Assembly: GCA_964504715.1 (NCBI GenBank)
Contig: CAZDEP010000001.1
Coordinates: 97,842 to 161,841, forward strand
Origin: an uncultured Candidatus Saccharibacteria bacterium
Lineage (GTDB): Bacteria > Patescibacteriota > Doudnabacteria > UBA920
Direction of reading: 5' to 3'
Length of the DNA: 64,000 bases
Shown piece after piece: positions 9,354 through 18,190 of the stretch (position 1 is its first letter; each line of letters opens with the position of its first letter). The notes beneath the pieces were generated by a model, which saw nothing but the letters and a program-made list of their open reading frames with translations, was not told where the DNA came from and searched no databases. The position numbers and the translations under genes were made by a program.

Positions 9354-10040
9354 TTACATTTTTTTGGTCAGGTCGTCTTCCATTGAATCCAGCCAGCGCT
9401 TTGCGGCATCTTTGCCGCCAAGACCAAAGGCGAGGCCTCCGGCTATGGCCAGCATGGCAATTATCGCGCGGAACAGATCCTGCAGGAAATCGGTGGCTAT
9501 ACCCAGCTGGGACAAGACCGCTATTACAGTAAAGACGATTATCGCCCACTTGGTAATTGCGCTCAGGGCCGATGCGGAATGGAGCTGGCTGGCTTTTACA
9601 GCCGCGGTTACCAATCCAGAGAAGAAATTGGCGGCCAAGAGCCCCAAAAGCATAATGGCAGCGGCTACCACCACGTTCCCCGCGTATCGTAAAACGTCGG
9701 TGTAGAGGAAGTCGCTGACTTTGTTAAGTCCCAAGATTTCTGCGGCGGCCATAAAGCTGCCAAGGAAGAAAAACCATTTTACCAGCCAAGCCCCGAACCC
9801 CGAAATAGACAAGCGGCGATCAACCCGTGCCGAAAGAGCCGTAAGACCAAGTTGATTGGCAAGGGTGTCAATCTTTATAGCTTCCAGAAGCTGTCTAATA
9901 AGCTTGCTTAAGAATATTGCTAAAAGCCAGCCCAATATGACTACCACAACCGCGACTAAAAGGTTAGGAGCCCAGCTTGCGGCTTTGTCATAAAGGTTTT
10001 CCAAGGCTTTTAGGGCAACGCTTGAGTAAGTATCTGTCAT
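9354..10040 (-). CDS. Integral membrane protein with repeated conserved TM-helix motifs (MscS-N-terminal-like family)
   Basis: Four or five hydrophobic helices with repeated LGL/ALS segments. No catalytic motif. Confidence 0.4.
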   Translation of the reverse strand: MTDTYSSVALKALENLYDKAASWAPNLLVAVVVVILGWLLAIFLSKLIRQLLEAIKIDTLANQLGLTALSARVDRRLSISGFGAWLVKWFFFLGSFMAAAEILGLNKVSDFLYTDVLRYAGNVVVAAAIMLLGLLAANFFSGLVTAAVKASQLHSASALSAITKWAIIVFTVIAVLSQLGIATDFLQDLFRAIIAMLAIAGGLAFGLGGKDAAKRWLDSMEDDLTKKM

Positions 10041-10135
10041 TTGTTTTTCCTTTCTTTTTATATTCTCCGCCTTTTGGCGGAAAGTCCCCTGTTACCGACC
10101 AAACAAGGTTGGTTAAGAATTTGTATGAAAAATAA

Positions 10136-10576
10136 TTATTCTCCGATTATGGTAATGTTCACCTGCCTGTCTCTCCCTCCGTCGCACTCTACAAAAAACA
10201 CGCTTTGTCTGGGGCCTAAAATCAGCTGTCCTTTTTCAATTCCCACCGATTCCGATGACCCTAAAATAAAAGCTTTAACGTGTGCGTGGCCGTTACTCCT
10301 TTCGTTGGGGGCAACATTTTGCCTAACCTCAAACAGGTCATGGCTGTAACTTACGTCCACAGGTGCCAGACGGTAGAGCATTTTCATAATGTCCTGAATA
10401 AGCAAGGGCTCATTGTGGTTAAGCCTTATCCCGGCCGTGGTGTGTGGGCTGCCCACGCTTACCAAGCCGTTTTGGACGCCTGACTCTACCACCGCTGTCT
10501 TAATTTGCAGGGTGATATCTATAAGTTCAAACTGCTTTTTAGTCTGAAGGAGTATTTTTTTATTTTCAATTTTCAT
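10136..10576 (-). CDS. yjbQ: YjbQ family protein (UPF0047)
   Basis: HTTAGIRLNHNEP...GHAHVKAFILGSSESVGIEKGQLILGPRQSVFFVECDGGRDRQVNITIIGE fits the YjbQ pattern. Confidence 0.75.
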   Translation of the reverse strand: MKIENKKILLQTKKQFELIDITLQIKTAVVESGVQNGLVSVGSPHTTAGIRLNHNEPLLIQDIMKMLYRLAPVDVSYSHDLFEVRQNVAPNERSNGHAHVKAFILGSSESVGIEKGQLILGPRQSVFFVECDGGRDRQVNITIIGE

Positions 10577-10819
10577 ATTTTTGTATCTGTGGGTCCCAGC
10601 AAGTTTGCCAGTATTTTTAAATTATACCATATCTTTGCCAAATGGGGAAATCAAAAACTCCGAAACAGAGCACTTTGCGTAGTTGCTCTATTTATCGAGC
10701 CTTAAAAAGGCCTGATAAATCAGGCAACTACTACAAAAAACTACAAAAAACCAAGGGGAAATTAAAACTCCCCTACCCATAAAAAAGGGAGAGGAGTTTC
10801 TTTGGCGCATACGGTAGGC

Positions 10820-11092
10820 TTATAGAATGGCTTCTTTGGCCTGCTTGGCAACACGGAATTTTATAACGGTTTTGGCAGGAATCTGGATCTGTTCGCCGGT
10901 GGCCGGATTGCGACCCATGCGGGCGGGGCGGTTCTTCTTAACAAGCTTGCCTAAGCCCGGAAGGGTAAATTCCCCTTCTTTTTTGGTAACTGTGTAGGCC
11001 ATATTTACTAAAGCTTCCACCATTTCGCTAACTTCTTTGCGGGTCTTGCCCAATTTGTCGGCTAAGCCCTGCAAAAGTTCTGACTTGGTCAT
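10820..11092 (-). CDS. hup: DNA-binding protein HU
   Basis: MTKSELLQGLADKLG...RNPATGEQIQIPAKTVIKFRVAKQ, 90 aa. Confidence 0.9.
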   Translation of the reverse strand: MTKSELLQGLADKLGKTRKEVSEMVEALVNMAYTVTKKEGEFTLPGLGKLVKKNRPARMGRNPATGEQIQIPAKTVIKFRVAKQAKEAIL

Positions 11093-11315
11093 TTTAGTTT
11101 CCTTTCATCTTCTCTTTCCCTTCCCCGTTTGCCTTGCTTTGCGAGGCTAGGGCGAGATATCTAAAGATGAGTTTAATTGATTCCTAAATTAAATATATAT
11201 TAAAACCCAATAAAATCAAGGGGTTTAAGGATATTTTTAAAAAAATTTTATAAAATTAATTTTTAATGGCTTAAATAAAGCAGTTTTTTTTAAAAACTTG
11301 ATTATTTATCCACAA

Positions 11316-12341
11316 TTATAGAATTAACATTCCATCGCCAAACGAAAAAAATCGAAATTTTTCCAAAATGGCCCGATTATATATTTGCATAAGTTTTTTT
11401 TGACCCACCAACGCCGCCACCAGCATAAGCAGGCTGCTTTTGGGCACATGGAAATTGCTTATAAGGCCGCTTGTAAGGCGAAATTTAAATCCAGGTTTAA
11501 TAAATAGCTCGGTTGAACCGGCTAACCTTAAATTTTTTGCATAAGTTTCCAGTGTCCTTAAACTAGTTGTGCCTACGGCGATTATAGGGGTGCCTGATTT
11601 TTGTGCTTGCCTTAGGCTGAGGGCCGTTTTGTTGCTTATGGAGTAATTTTCCGAATGTAGCTTTCCGGTTTTTAGGTTTTTTTCTTTTAAAGGGGCGAAA
11701 GTCCCCAAATTAACATTTAAATTAATAAATTTTATTTTTATGCCGCGTTTTTTTAATTGGTTAATTTGCTTTCCGGTAAAGTGCAGGGCGGCGGTTGGAG
11801 CTGCCACTGACTCACCGCTTTTCGCAAAAACCGTTTGGTATTCCCTCCTTTTTTCCGCTTCGCTTAAAGGAGAGTTTTTTATATATGGAGGCAGCGGTGT
11901 CTGGCCGAATCTTTTTAAGACTTGGGGTAATTGAGAAAATTTAAACGAAGGCTTGGCCAGATAATATTTTTCTTCCCGGCCGAGGATTTCAAAATACAGG
12001 TTTGGATTTAAAAAAAGCTTTTCTTTTGGCTTGAGCTTGCGGTTGCTTAAAACTTTTAAAAGCGAGCCCTTTTTGCCTAAGTAAAAAATTTCAGCTATCC
12101 CTCCTGTCACTTTTTTGGTTTGTAATCTTGCAGGAATTACGCGGGTTTGGTTGAAAACTAAAACACAGCCGGAGGGCAGGTAGTCCACGAGGTTTTTAAA
12201 AATATCCAACTTAAGCCTGCCGCTTTTTCGGTTATAAACAAGTAAGCGGGCAGCGTTTCGGGGCCTTGCGGGCTTTTGGGCTATTAATTCTTTGGGCAGC
12301 AAATAATCGTAGGGCTGTAAGGCAGTTTCTAATGTGGGCAT
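11316..12341 (-). CDS. queA: S-adenosylmethionine:tRNA ribosyltransferase-isomerase
   Basis: YDYLLPKELIAQKPARPRNAARLLVY N-terminus and VGTTSLRTLE motif. Confidence 0.85.
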   Translation of the reverse strand: MPTLETALQPYDYLLPKELIAQKPARPRNAARLLVYNRKSGRLKLDIFKNLVDYLPSGCVLVFNQTRVIPARLQTKKVTGGIAEIFYLGKKGSLLKVLSNRKLKPKEKLFLNPNLYFEILGREEKYYLAKPSFKFSQLPQVLKRFGQTPLPPYIKNSPLSEAEKRREYQTVFAKSGESVAAPTAALHFTGKQINQLKKRGIKIKFINLNVNLGTFAPLKEKNLKTGKLHSENYSISNKTALSLRQAQKSGTPIIAVGTTSLRTLETYAKNLRLAGSTELFIKPGFKFRLTSGLISNFHVPKSSLLMLVAALVGQKKLMQIYNRAILEKFRFFSFGDGMLIL

Positions 12342-12384
12342 ATGATTAAGCCCATTTTACTGGAAAATTGTATAAAAATAAAGC

Positions 12385-12412
12385 CCGAAGGGGCATCCCT
12401 TCGGGCTGATAA
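12385..12412 (-). terminator. Intrinsic terminator (GCCCGAAGGG loop CCCTTCGGGC plus U-run on minus strand)
   Basis: Perfect 10-bp stem followed by tttatttttat in minus orientation. Confidence 0.6.
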
Positions 12413-12430
12413 CTTGCCAACTGCAACTAT

Positions 12431-12550
12431 TTATTGGTTGTGCTCAAATCCCCCCGTACCGTAACCGGATTCGTCAGGATCCACTTTGGTTGAACCAAAG
12501 CCGTAGCCTACTCCAGACGGCACCTCTTCGTTGTAAATAGTTTTTAACAT
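12431..12550 (-). CDS. Small acidic Gly-rich peptide (39 aa) with strong SD
   Basis: MLKTIYNEEVPSGVGYGFGSTKVDPDESGYGTGGFEHNQ. GGAGGTGA lies 6 nt upstream and terminators flank both sides. Below the ORF-track length cutoff. Confidence 0.4.
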   Translation of the reverse strand: MLKTIYNEEVPSGVGYGFGSTKVDPDESGYGTGGFEHNQ

Positions 12551-12688
12551 AATTATCACCTCCCCTAAATAGCCTTTAAAAAAGGTCTAAAGGAGAATTA
12601 ATTTTAAAAAGGAAGCAAGCCGGATTGGCTTTTGCTCCCTTTAACAAAATTATAGCTAAAACAAATTAAGGATTTATGAAGCACCTTT

Positions 12689-13132
12689 TTACCGCACGCC
12701 TTGGTTGGTAAGGTAATGTGCACCGGCCGTATAATCTCCCGTAATACCCCCTAGGCAGAACGAAACGGTGTAAGCTAAGCCGTTTTGGCTTTCGTAGATG
12801 TAACTATTGTTGGCAGAGGTGCAGCCGCTTTCCACCGGTAAGGGGGCCGTGGGAATCTGGCCGATGTATTTGTTATTTAGCCCGGGAATGGTGGTGGCCG
12901 GAGTCCCCTGCACCGGATAAGTGTTGTTGGTGGTATAGTAGGCTTCTAAGGCGCTAGCCAGCTGTTTTATGTCGGCCGCGCGTTTGGCGTCGCGGCTCTT
13001 GCGCCTTGAGGACTGCACGGAAAGCGCCACGACGCTATATAGCGTGCCAATAATTGCTATAACTACCAGCAATTCCAGGAGCGTAAATCCAGACTGGCGT
13101 TGTAAAAAACCTTGTTTGTTTTGGATTTTCAT
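12689..13132 (-). CDS. Type IV pilin / pseudopilin (prepilin N-terminal methylation domain)
   Basis: GFTLLELLVVIAIIGTL prepilin cleavage/methylation motif. Confidence 0.85.
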   Translation of the reverse strand: MKIQNKQGFLQRQSGFTLLELLVVIAIIGTLYSVVALSVQSSRRKSRDAKRAADIKQLASALEAYYTTNNTYPVQGTPATTIPGLNNKYIGQIPTAPLPVESGCTSANNSYIYESQNGLAYTVSFCLGGITGDYTAGAHYLTNQGVR

Positions 13133-13199
13133 AAAAAGATATTTTTTTTATTTTATCAAATATAAAAAAAATTTGCAAAAATAAAAAACTTCCACAGCT

Positions 13200-14366
13200 T
13201 TATGGTAAATATTTTTTCCCCTTTAGGTCTGCGGGCAAGTAGTCATCTTTGCCATATTTTTCGTAACCCTTCCCATAGTTTAAATTTTTCATGAGCTTGG
13301 TGGGGGCATTTCGGATTTTAAGAGGTATGGGCAAATTGCCATGGGTTTTTACGTCCTCCGTGGCGGCCAGGTAAGCGTCGTAGGCAGAACGGTCTTTTTT
13401 GCAATTGGCCAAATAGGACACGCCATGGGCTAAATTTATGGCACATTCCGGATAGCCTATGGTCTCGCAGGCCCGAAAGACCGCATTGGCGACTACCAGC
13501 GCGGTGGGCTGGGCAAGTCCAATATCCTCACTCGCAAAAATCACCATTCTTCTGGCTATAAACAGCGGGTCTTCGCCGGCCTCTATCATCCTCGCTAAAT
13601 AATACAGCGCCGCATTAGCTTGGCTGGCGCGCATGGATTTTATAAATGCGCTAATGGTGTTGTAATGCTCGTCGCCTGCTTTGTCATACCTTAAGTGTTT
13701 GGATTGAACGGTGTTTTTTAAATTATCCAGCGTAATTTTGCCGTAAAGGCTTAAGCAGTTGTCAATCACGGTAAGCGCCTGCCTGGCGTCGCCGTTTGCC
13801 AAGCTTATTAACCAGTCAATTGCCGGATTCGCAGAGGATGCCCCTCTAACAAGAGGGGCATCCTCTGAGTTTTCAACAAAAGCGTGGTTGATAATTTTAC
13901 GCATTTCTGTTTCCGACAACTCGCTTAGCACAAATACCCGCATTCTGGATAGTAATGCGGGGATAATTTCAAAAGACGGGTTTTCCGTGGTCGCGCCAAT
14001 TAAAGTCAGCCCGCCAGATTCCACGTGAGGCAGCAAAAAATCCTGCTGCGCTTTGTTGAAGCGGTGGATTTCATCCAAAAATAATATTTTGGGTTGGCCA
14101 AGCAAAGGGGGCTTATCAACAATCTTTCTTATATCATCTTTGCCCGCGGAAACCGCCGAAAGTTCGTGGTATTCGGCATTTACTGCCTTGGCATAAATCC
14201 GCGCCAGCGTGGTCTTGCCTACGCCCGGCGGCCCCCAGAGGATAAAACTAAATAAATGCCGGCTTTCTATAGCCTGCCTAAGCGGTTTGCCCTCCCCCAC
14301 CAAATGCTCCTGGCCTACAAATTCACCAAGGGATCTGGGACGAATTTTATTTGCCAGAGGTTCCAT
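13200..14366 (-). CDS. rarA: Replication-associated recombination protein A (AAA+ ATPase RarA/MgsA)
   Basis: Walker A GPPGVGKTT, Walker B ILFLDEIHRFNK, MgsA C-terminal domain. Confidence 0.9.
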   Translation of the reverse strand: MEPLANKIRPRSLGEFVGQEHLVGEGKPLRQAIESRHLFSFILWGPPGVGKTTLARIYAKAVNAEYHELSAVSAGKDDIRKIVDKPPLLGQPKILFLDEIHRFNKAQQDFLLPHVESGGLTLIGATTENPSFEIIPALLSRMRVFVLSELSETEMRKIINHAFVENSEDAPLVRGASSANPAIDWLISLANGDARQALTVIDNCLSLYGKITLDNLKNTVQSKHLRYDKAGDEHYNTISAFIKSMRASQANAALYYLARMIEAGEDPLFIARRMVIFASEDIGLAQPTALVVANAVFRACETIGYPECAINLAHGVSYLANCKKDRSAYDAYLAATEDVKTHGNLPIPLKIRNAPTKLMKNLNYGKGYEKYGKDDYLPADLKGKKYLP

Positions 14367-14397
14367 GCTTTTAGAGTATACTATCGTTCACTTTTAA

Positions 14398-15642
14398 TCA
14401 AGTCTCCTTTATTTTGGAAAAGATAATCAGGGATACCAAAAAGAACGGCAGCATGGCAAGTACGCCGTAGCGCTGATTGCCGGTAAAAGACGACAGTGCG
14501 CCGAAGATTATAGGGCCCGTGGTCGCCGCAATTTTGCTGGCAAAGCCGTTAAAACCGAAAAATTCGCTCCGTTTTTCTTCCGGCACAAGTTTGGTCATCC
14601 AGGCCCGGGCCGCACCCTGGGAAGAGCCAATGACCAACGCGCCAATTAACGCGGCAGCATAAAAATGCCAGGGAACTTGGCTGAAAAATATGGCTGTAGT
14701 GACCAAAAACCAACCCCATATAGTTACTATCAAAACAGGTTTTTGGCCCACTTTGTCCGAAATCCAACCCGAAAGCCACGCCGCGGGGAAAGCAATAATT
14801 TGGACAGCCAAAAGAATCAGGGTGAGCTGCTTAAATGGGATGCCTAAAGTGGCGCGGGCGAAAATCGGCATAAAGCCGAACATTGTAACCATGGCGTCAT
14901 TCATAAAATAAAACGCCGCCAAAAACCAAATTATATTTTTATAATTCCGGAAATTTTTTGCCGTGTAAAAAATTCTGCCGAAAGAGGCCTTCATTAGCTG
15001 TCTCAAAGGTTTGTGGAAATTTGAAACCGGCTCTTTAACGCAAAAAAACAAAGGCAGAGAGAAAATCAAAAAGAAAGCGGCTGTGAGCGGGAAAGTCAGG
15101 CGATATTTGTGAATCAGGTTCCCTTCAAAGCCCTGTCCAAAAAGCGGCATGAGCAAAAGCATGGCGGCCACGCCGCCAATATAACCTAAGCCCCACGCAA
15201 AGCCCGAGATCCTCCCCCACAAATTTTTTGGCGCTATCTGGCCTAAAAACGAATCATACAAAGTGGAAGCAATTTCAAAGCAAAGGTTGGCAATAATAAA
15301 CACGAGGGAAGTTAAAAGCAGTGTCCCGGGACCGCTAAAGTAAAGGCAGGCGGTGCCCAGGATGGCTATTAAAACCACGGCAATAAATTTGCGTTTTCTC
15401 CTGCCGTCCTCATCCGCCATGGCGCCAAGTATGGGCGCGGCCAGGGCCCCTAAAAGGATGGATATGCCGGCAATTAAACCCCAGTAAAAATCGCCCCGGG
15501 CTTTGCCGGCAATTGCCTCGCGGTAAAAAACCGGAAACACGAAACTTAAAATTAAGACCGAATAAGAAGAGTTGGCAAAATCGTACAAGGCCCAAGAAAG
15601 ACCCTGTTTAACGTTGCCTTGGCCGAAGATTTTAGAAAGCAT
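14398..15642 (-). CDS. MFS transporter
   Basis: 414 aa with about 12 predicted TM helices in MFS-like two-halves organisation. Confidence 0.65.
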   Translation of the reverse strand: MLSKIFGQGNVKQGLSWALYDFANSSYSVLILSFVFPVFYREAIAGKARGDFYWGLIAGISILLGALAAPILGAMADEDGRRKRKFIAVVLIAILGTACLYFSGPGTLLLTSLVFIIANLCFEIASTLYDSFLGQIAPKNLWGRISGFAWGLGYIGGVAAMLLLMPLFGQGFEGNLIHKYRLTFPLTAAFFLIFSLPLFFCVKEPVSNFHKPLRQLMKASFGRIFYTAKNFRNYKNIIWFLAAFYFMNDAMVTMFGFMPIFARATLGIPFKQLTLILLAVQIIAFPAAWLSGWISDKVGQKPVLIVTIWGWFLVTTAIFFSQVPWHFYAAALIGALVIGSSQGAARAWMTKLVPEEKRSEFFGFNGFASKIAATTGPIIFGALSSFTGNQRYGVLAMLPFFLVSLIIFSKIKET

Positions 15643-15780
15643 TTTGTTTAAGTTTGATTATTCTATAAGGATGTAGTTTCTGACCAGTCGTATACCAAAC
15701 ACCCCATTTTTTCTTTAACCATTTCATGTTGTTTTTTTATCTGGCGTAAGTTACTAGTTAGGCAGAAAATTTTATTTGGA

Positions 15781-16260
15781 TTACAGATTAAATACTTGTA
15801 AATCATGCCCGGTGTGGGCGAGGAATTTTTTAAAGTCCCCAATCCTCAATCCCAGAGTGGCGGTATTTATGTTGGGGTGGACGTAAATTTTTTCGTCGTT
15901 AAGTATATCGGCATCCAAAAAATATTTTATTTTATGTTCGGGGTCGTGCATTAGGCCCAAAGGCGAAACCGAGCCCGGCGTGAGGTTCATTAAACTTTTT
16001 AATTCCTCCGCGCTGCCAAAACTAAAACCCTTCTCCCCTACTGTTTTGGCAAAAGCCTTCAAATTTGCCCGCTTGTCATGTTTAATCGTCAAAAGATAAA
16101 ACTGGTGGGTTTTTTCAGCCCGTAAAAATAAGTTTTTCGCGTTTAACTTTACCTCGGGGATGTCTATTTGCCCCGACTCCTCGTTGGTAAAAACCGCGGG
16201 GTGCTCATATTTTTCGTAAGCAATTTTCAGGCTGTTTAAAAGTTCCAAAATATCGTTCAT
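15781..16260 (-). CDS. YbaK/ProX-type aminoacyl-tRNA deacylase (trans-editing domain)
   Basis: HPAVFT...KNLFLR...GSVSPLG motifs typical of the YbaK/ProX family. Confidence 0.7.
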   Translation of the reverse strand: MNDILELLNSLKIAYEKYEHPAVFTNEESGQIDIPEVKLNAKNLFLRAEKTHQFYLLTIKHDKRANLKAFAKTVGEKGFSFGSAEELKSLMNLTPGSVSPLGLMHDPEHKIKYFLDADILNDEKIYVHPNINTATLGLRIGDFKKFLAHTGHDLQVFNL

Positions 16261-16616
16261 ATTTTAACGTTTATGAGTTCTATGTCCATGGGCTTTGTCA
16301 TTTTGTATTTTCTGCCGTCCTTGGTGTCAAAAATAACCCACGGCGGATTTTCGGCAGAGTAGAGTTTTTTTAACGCTTGCCTGATAACTTCTTTTTGTAT
16401 GTTATGTTGATGGGATATGGCATCTACCACTTCCTTTACAAGCTCATCTTTGGAAAAATCCATTTCTTTGCGCGCTTTTTGTATTTCGGCCTTATTGGTT
16501 AAATCGCCGGCCATAGTCCCCGCCAAACCGGTTAAAATCCCGCGCAAAACTCGCCGCCGGTCGGGCTTATTGTTTTTTGGCTCGTGCTCTTGGGGGGATG
16601 GATGTTCGGGATTCAT
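16257..16616 (-). CDS. Hypothetical protein, translationally coupled to the ybaK-like gene
   Basis: 4-nt overlap with the downstream gene. N-terminal RRRVLRGILTGLAG resembles a Tat signal. Confidence 0.4.
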   Translation of the reverse strand: MNPEHPSPQEHEPKNNKPDRRRVLRGILTGLAGTMAGDLTNKAEIQKARKEMDFSKDELVKEVVDAISHQHNIQKEVIRQALKKLYSAENPPWVIFDTKDGRKYKMTKPMDIELINVKI

Positions 16617-16658
16617 AATATAAAGGTTAATATTTATATTTTAGCAGGAAAACCAGCA

Positions 16659-17390
16659 TTAGACACCCTTTAAGTACTTGAGCCTTAAAGTTTGGGGCAG
16701 GCGTTCTATGGAATACCTAAGCATTGTCCTGGGCATTTGCTTGTGGTGGCGGTTGAGAAATTCTATTAGCAGTGCTTGGTTGCAGCGTTTGCCCGCTTCC
16801 CTAAGCATCCAGCCCGTGGCTTTGTGGATAAGGTCGTGCTTGTCATCCATTAAAATTTTTGAAATCTGCAAGGCGTCTTTTGCGTCGCCATAGTAAATAA
16901 AATCAAAAGTGGCCAAAATTGCAATCCGCCTTTCCCAAAGGTTTTTGGATTTAGCCAGCCGATATAAAATTGCTTTATTTTTTTTGCGCAAGTAAGCGCC
17001 CACAATTTTTGGCGCGCTTAAATCCACCAAATCCCAGTTGTTTATGTATTTGGTGTGCTTAAGATAGAAATCAAAAATTGCCTTTTGCTCTGGCGTACTA
17101 GCTTGTCCGTCGTAGTCTTGACGAAGACGGGTACTTTGAAACTTGAAAATAAGGATAAAAAGTGCGATCAGCCGCTCTTCGTGGATTTTGCTTTTGAGTA
17201 AAGTTTTTAAATCTTTTAATATTAAATCTTTAAATTGCCTGGCCACTTGCCTTTGCGCGGGCACCACAATACCTAAAAATTTGTCGCCCTCGCCATACTC
17301 CCCTTTTCCCGTCTTAAAAAACCTTTGCAGAAGTTCTGCCTTTTTGGGGTCGGCCAGTTTTCTTATTTCGTCTCTGAGTTGATATAACAT
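16659..17390 (-). CDS. DNA alkylation repair protein (AlkC/AlkD HEAT-like repeat family)
   Basis: N-terminal LADPKKAELLQRFFKTGKGEYGEGDKFLGIVVP is characteristic of PF08713. Confidence 0.75.
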   Translation of the reverse strand: MLYQLRDEIRKLADPKKAELLQRFFKTGKGEYGEGDKFLGIVVPAQRQVARQFKDLILKDLKTLLKSKIHEERLIALFILIFKFQSTRLRQDYDGQASTPEQKAIFDFYLKHTKYINNWDLVDLSAPKIVGAYLRKKNKAILYRLAKSKNLWERRIAILATFDFIYYGDAKDALQISKILMDDKHDLIHKATGWMLREAGKRCNQALLIEFLNRHHKQMPRTMLRYSIERLPQTLRLKYLKGV

Positions 17391-17414
17391 GTCTGAATTA
17401 TAGCAAAAAAAGAA

Positions 17415-18046
17415 GAAGCGGGCGCGTCCTCGTCAGCCGGCATTTAAGCCTTTAGACGATTAAAGCGCCCGCGTAAAGCTTTGGGTCATGCGAGCGACTT
17501 GCCACAGTATTGGCAAGCCGAAAGGAGTTCTTGTCCCCCGTTGCCGTTAGCAACAGGGAGAACTCGGCGATCCAGGTCGGTCCTGTACCACCGACCAGCC
17601 CCCTCCTTGAGGATACGCACGTCGCGCGGTTTTGCCGCGCAAGCGTGCTCCTCAAGGAGGCGGTTTTCGAGCCTCCTTGATTCTTGCATACGGCAAATAA
17701 TACACAAAAATTTTCATTAAATCAAGCCGCCGTAGCATCGTCGCTTGAAAAAAAATCAAGATAAGCGTAGAATTTGGGTTATGCAACAAGAGGAAACGGT
17801 CGGGCCCGGCCCGACCGCCACCCATTCTCAAACCCGCGGGGGCGGGTTTGGGGCGGACGATCCGTACGAAACGGATCGCCGTTTTTCTTCCGCGCCTTCA
17901 AGCGCGGAAGAAACCCCCGCCCCCGCACCGCGGCCTGGCCATGCGCCAGGCTGCGAAGAATAACCCCTTGCCCTCCGCGCGCAAAATCCATCTACACAAA
18001 AAAAGCCTTCCCTTTCATGCGCGCGGAGGCTTTTTTTATTTTAACT
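17415..18046 (+). ncRNA. GC-rich (about 65% GC) hairpin-dense non-coding island; candidate structured ncRNA(s) of unknown class
   Basis: At least nine perfect 7-12 bp stem-loops, including gcgggcgc/gcgcccgc, cttgcca/tggcaag, cggtcgggc/gcccgaccg, aaacccgc/gcgggttt, gatccgt/acggatc and cttccgcgc/gcgcggaag. Mutually exclusive pairings between 17601-17612, 17648-17660 and 17670-17678. Ends in a strong intrinsic terminator. No credible ORF and not listed in the track. Confidence 0.45.
17972..18042 (+). terminator. Strong rho-independent terminator (11-12 bp GC stem CCTCCGCGCGC/GCGCGCGGAGG, then UUUUUUUAUUUU)
   Basis: Seen directly. No U-run on the opposite strand. Confidence 0.7.
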
Positions 18047-18190
18047 GAATTAATATATTGTCTGTCATTCCGGACTTGATCCGGAATCTAGATCCTGAAA
18101 CCCCAGTAGTAGAACCTTTGGTTCACTACGGGGCAAGCGAGTTCAGGATGACAAAACGGATAGGTTGTTTTGTGCTCGTCGCAATGACAA

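Noticed and set aside
17415-18046. tmRNA, RNase P RNA or SRP RNA identity for the island
   Set aside because: No tRNA-like 3' end or tag-peptide reading frame ending in hydrophobic AA. None of GGAAAGUCCGG, AGGGUGAAA or ACAGAACCCGGCUUA. No GNRA-capped SRP domain IV motif. Left as unclassified.
17745-18079. ORFs inside the GC-rich island (17745-17963, 17774-18079, 17779-17991, 17848-18048 and others) as protein-coding genes
   Set aside because: They are mutually overlapping on both strands and low-complexity (Arg/Pro/Gly-rich from GC bias). They coincide with perfect hairpins and a terminator and are better explained as non-coding structured sequence.
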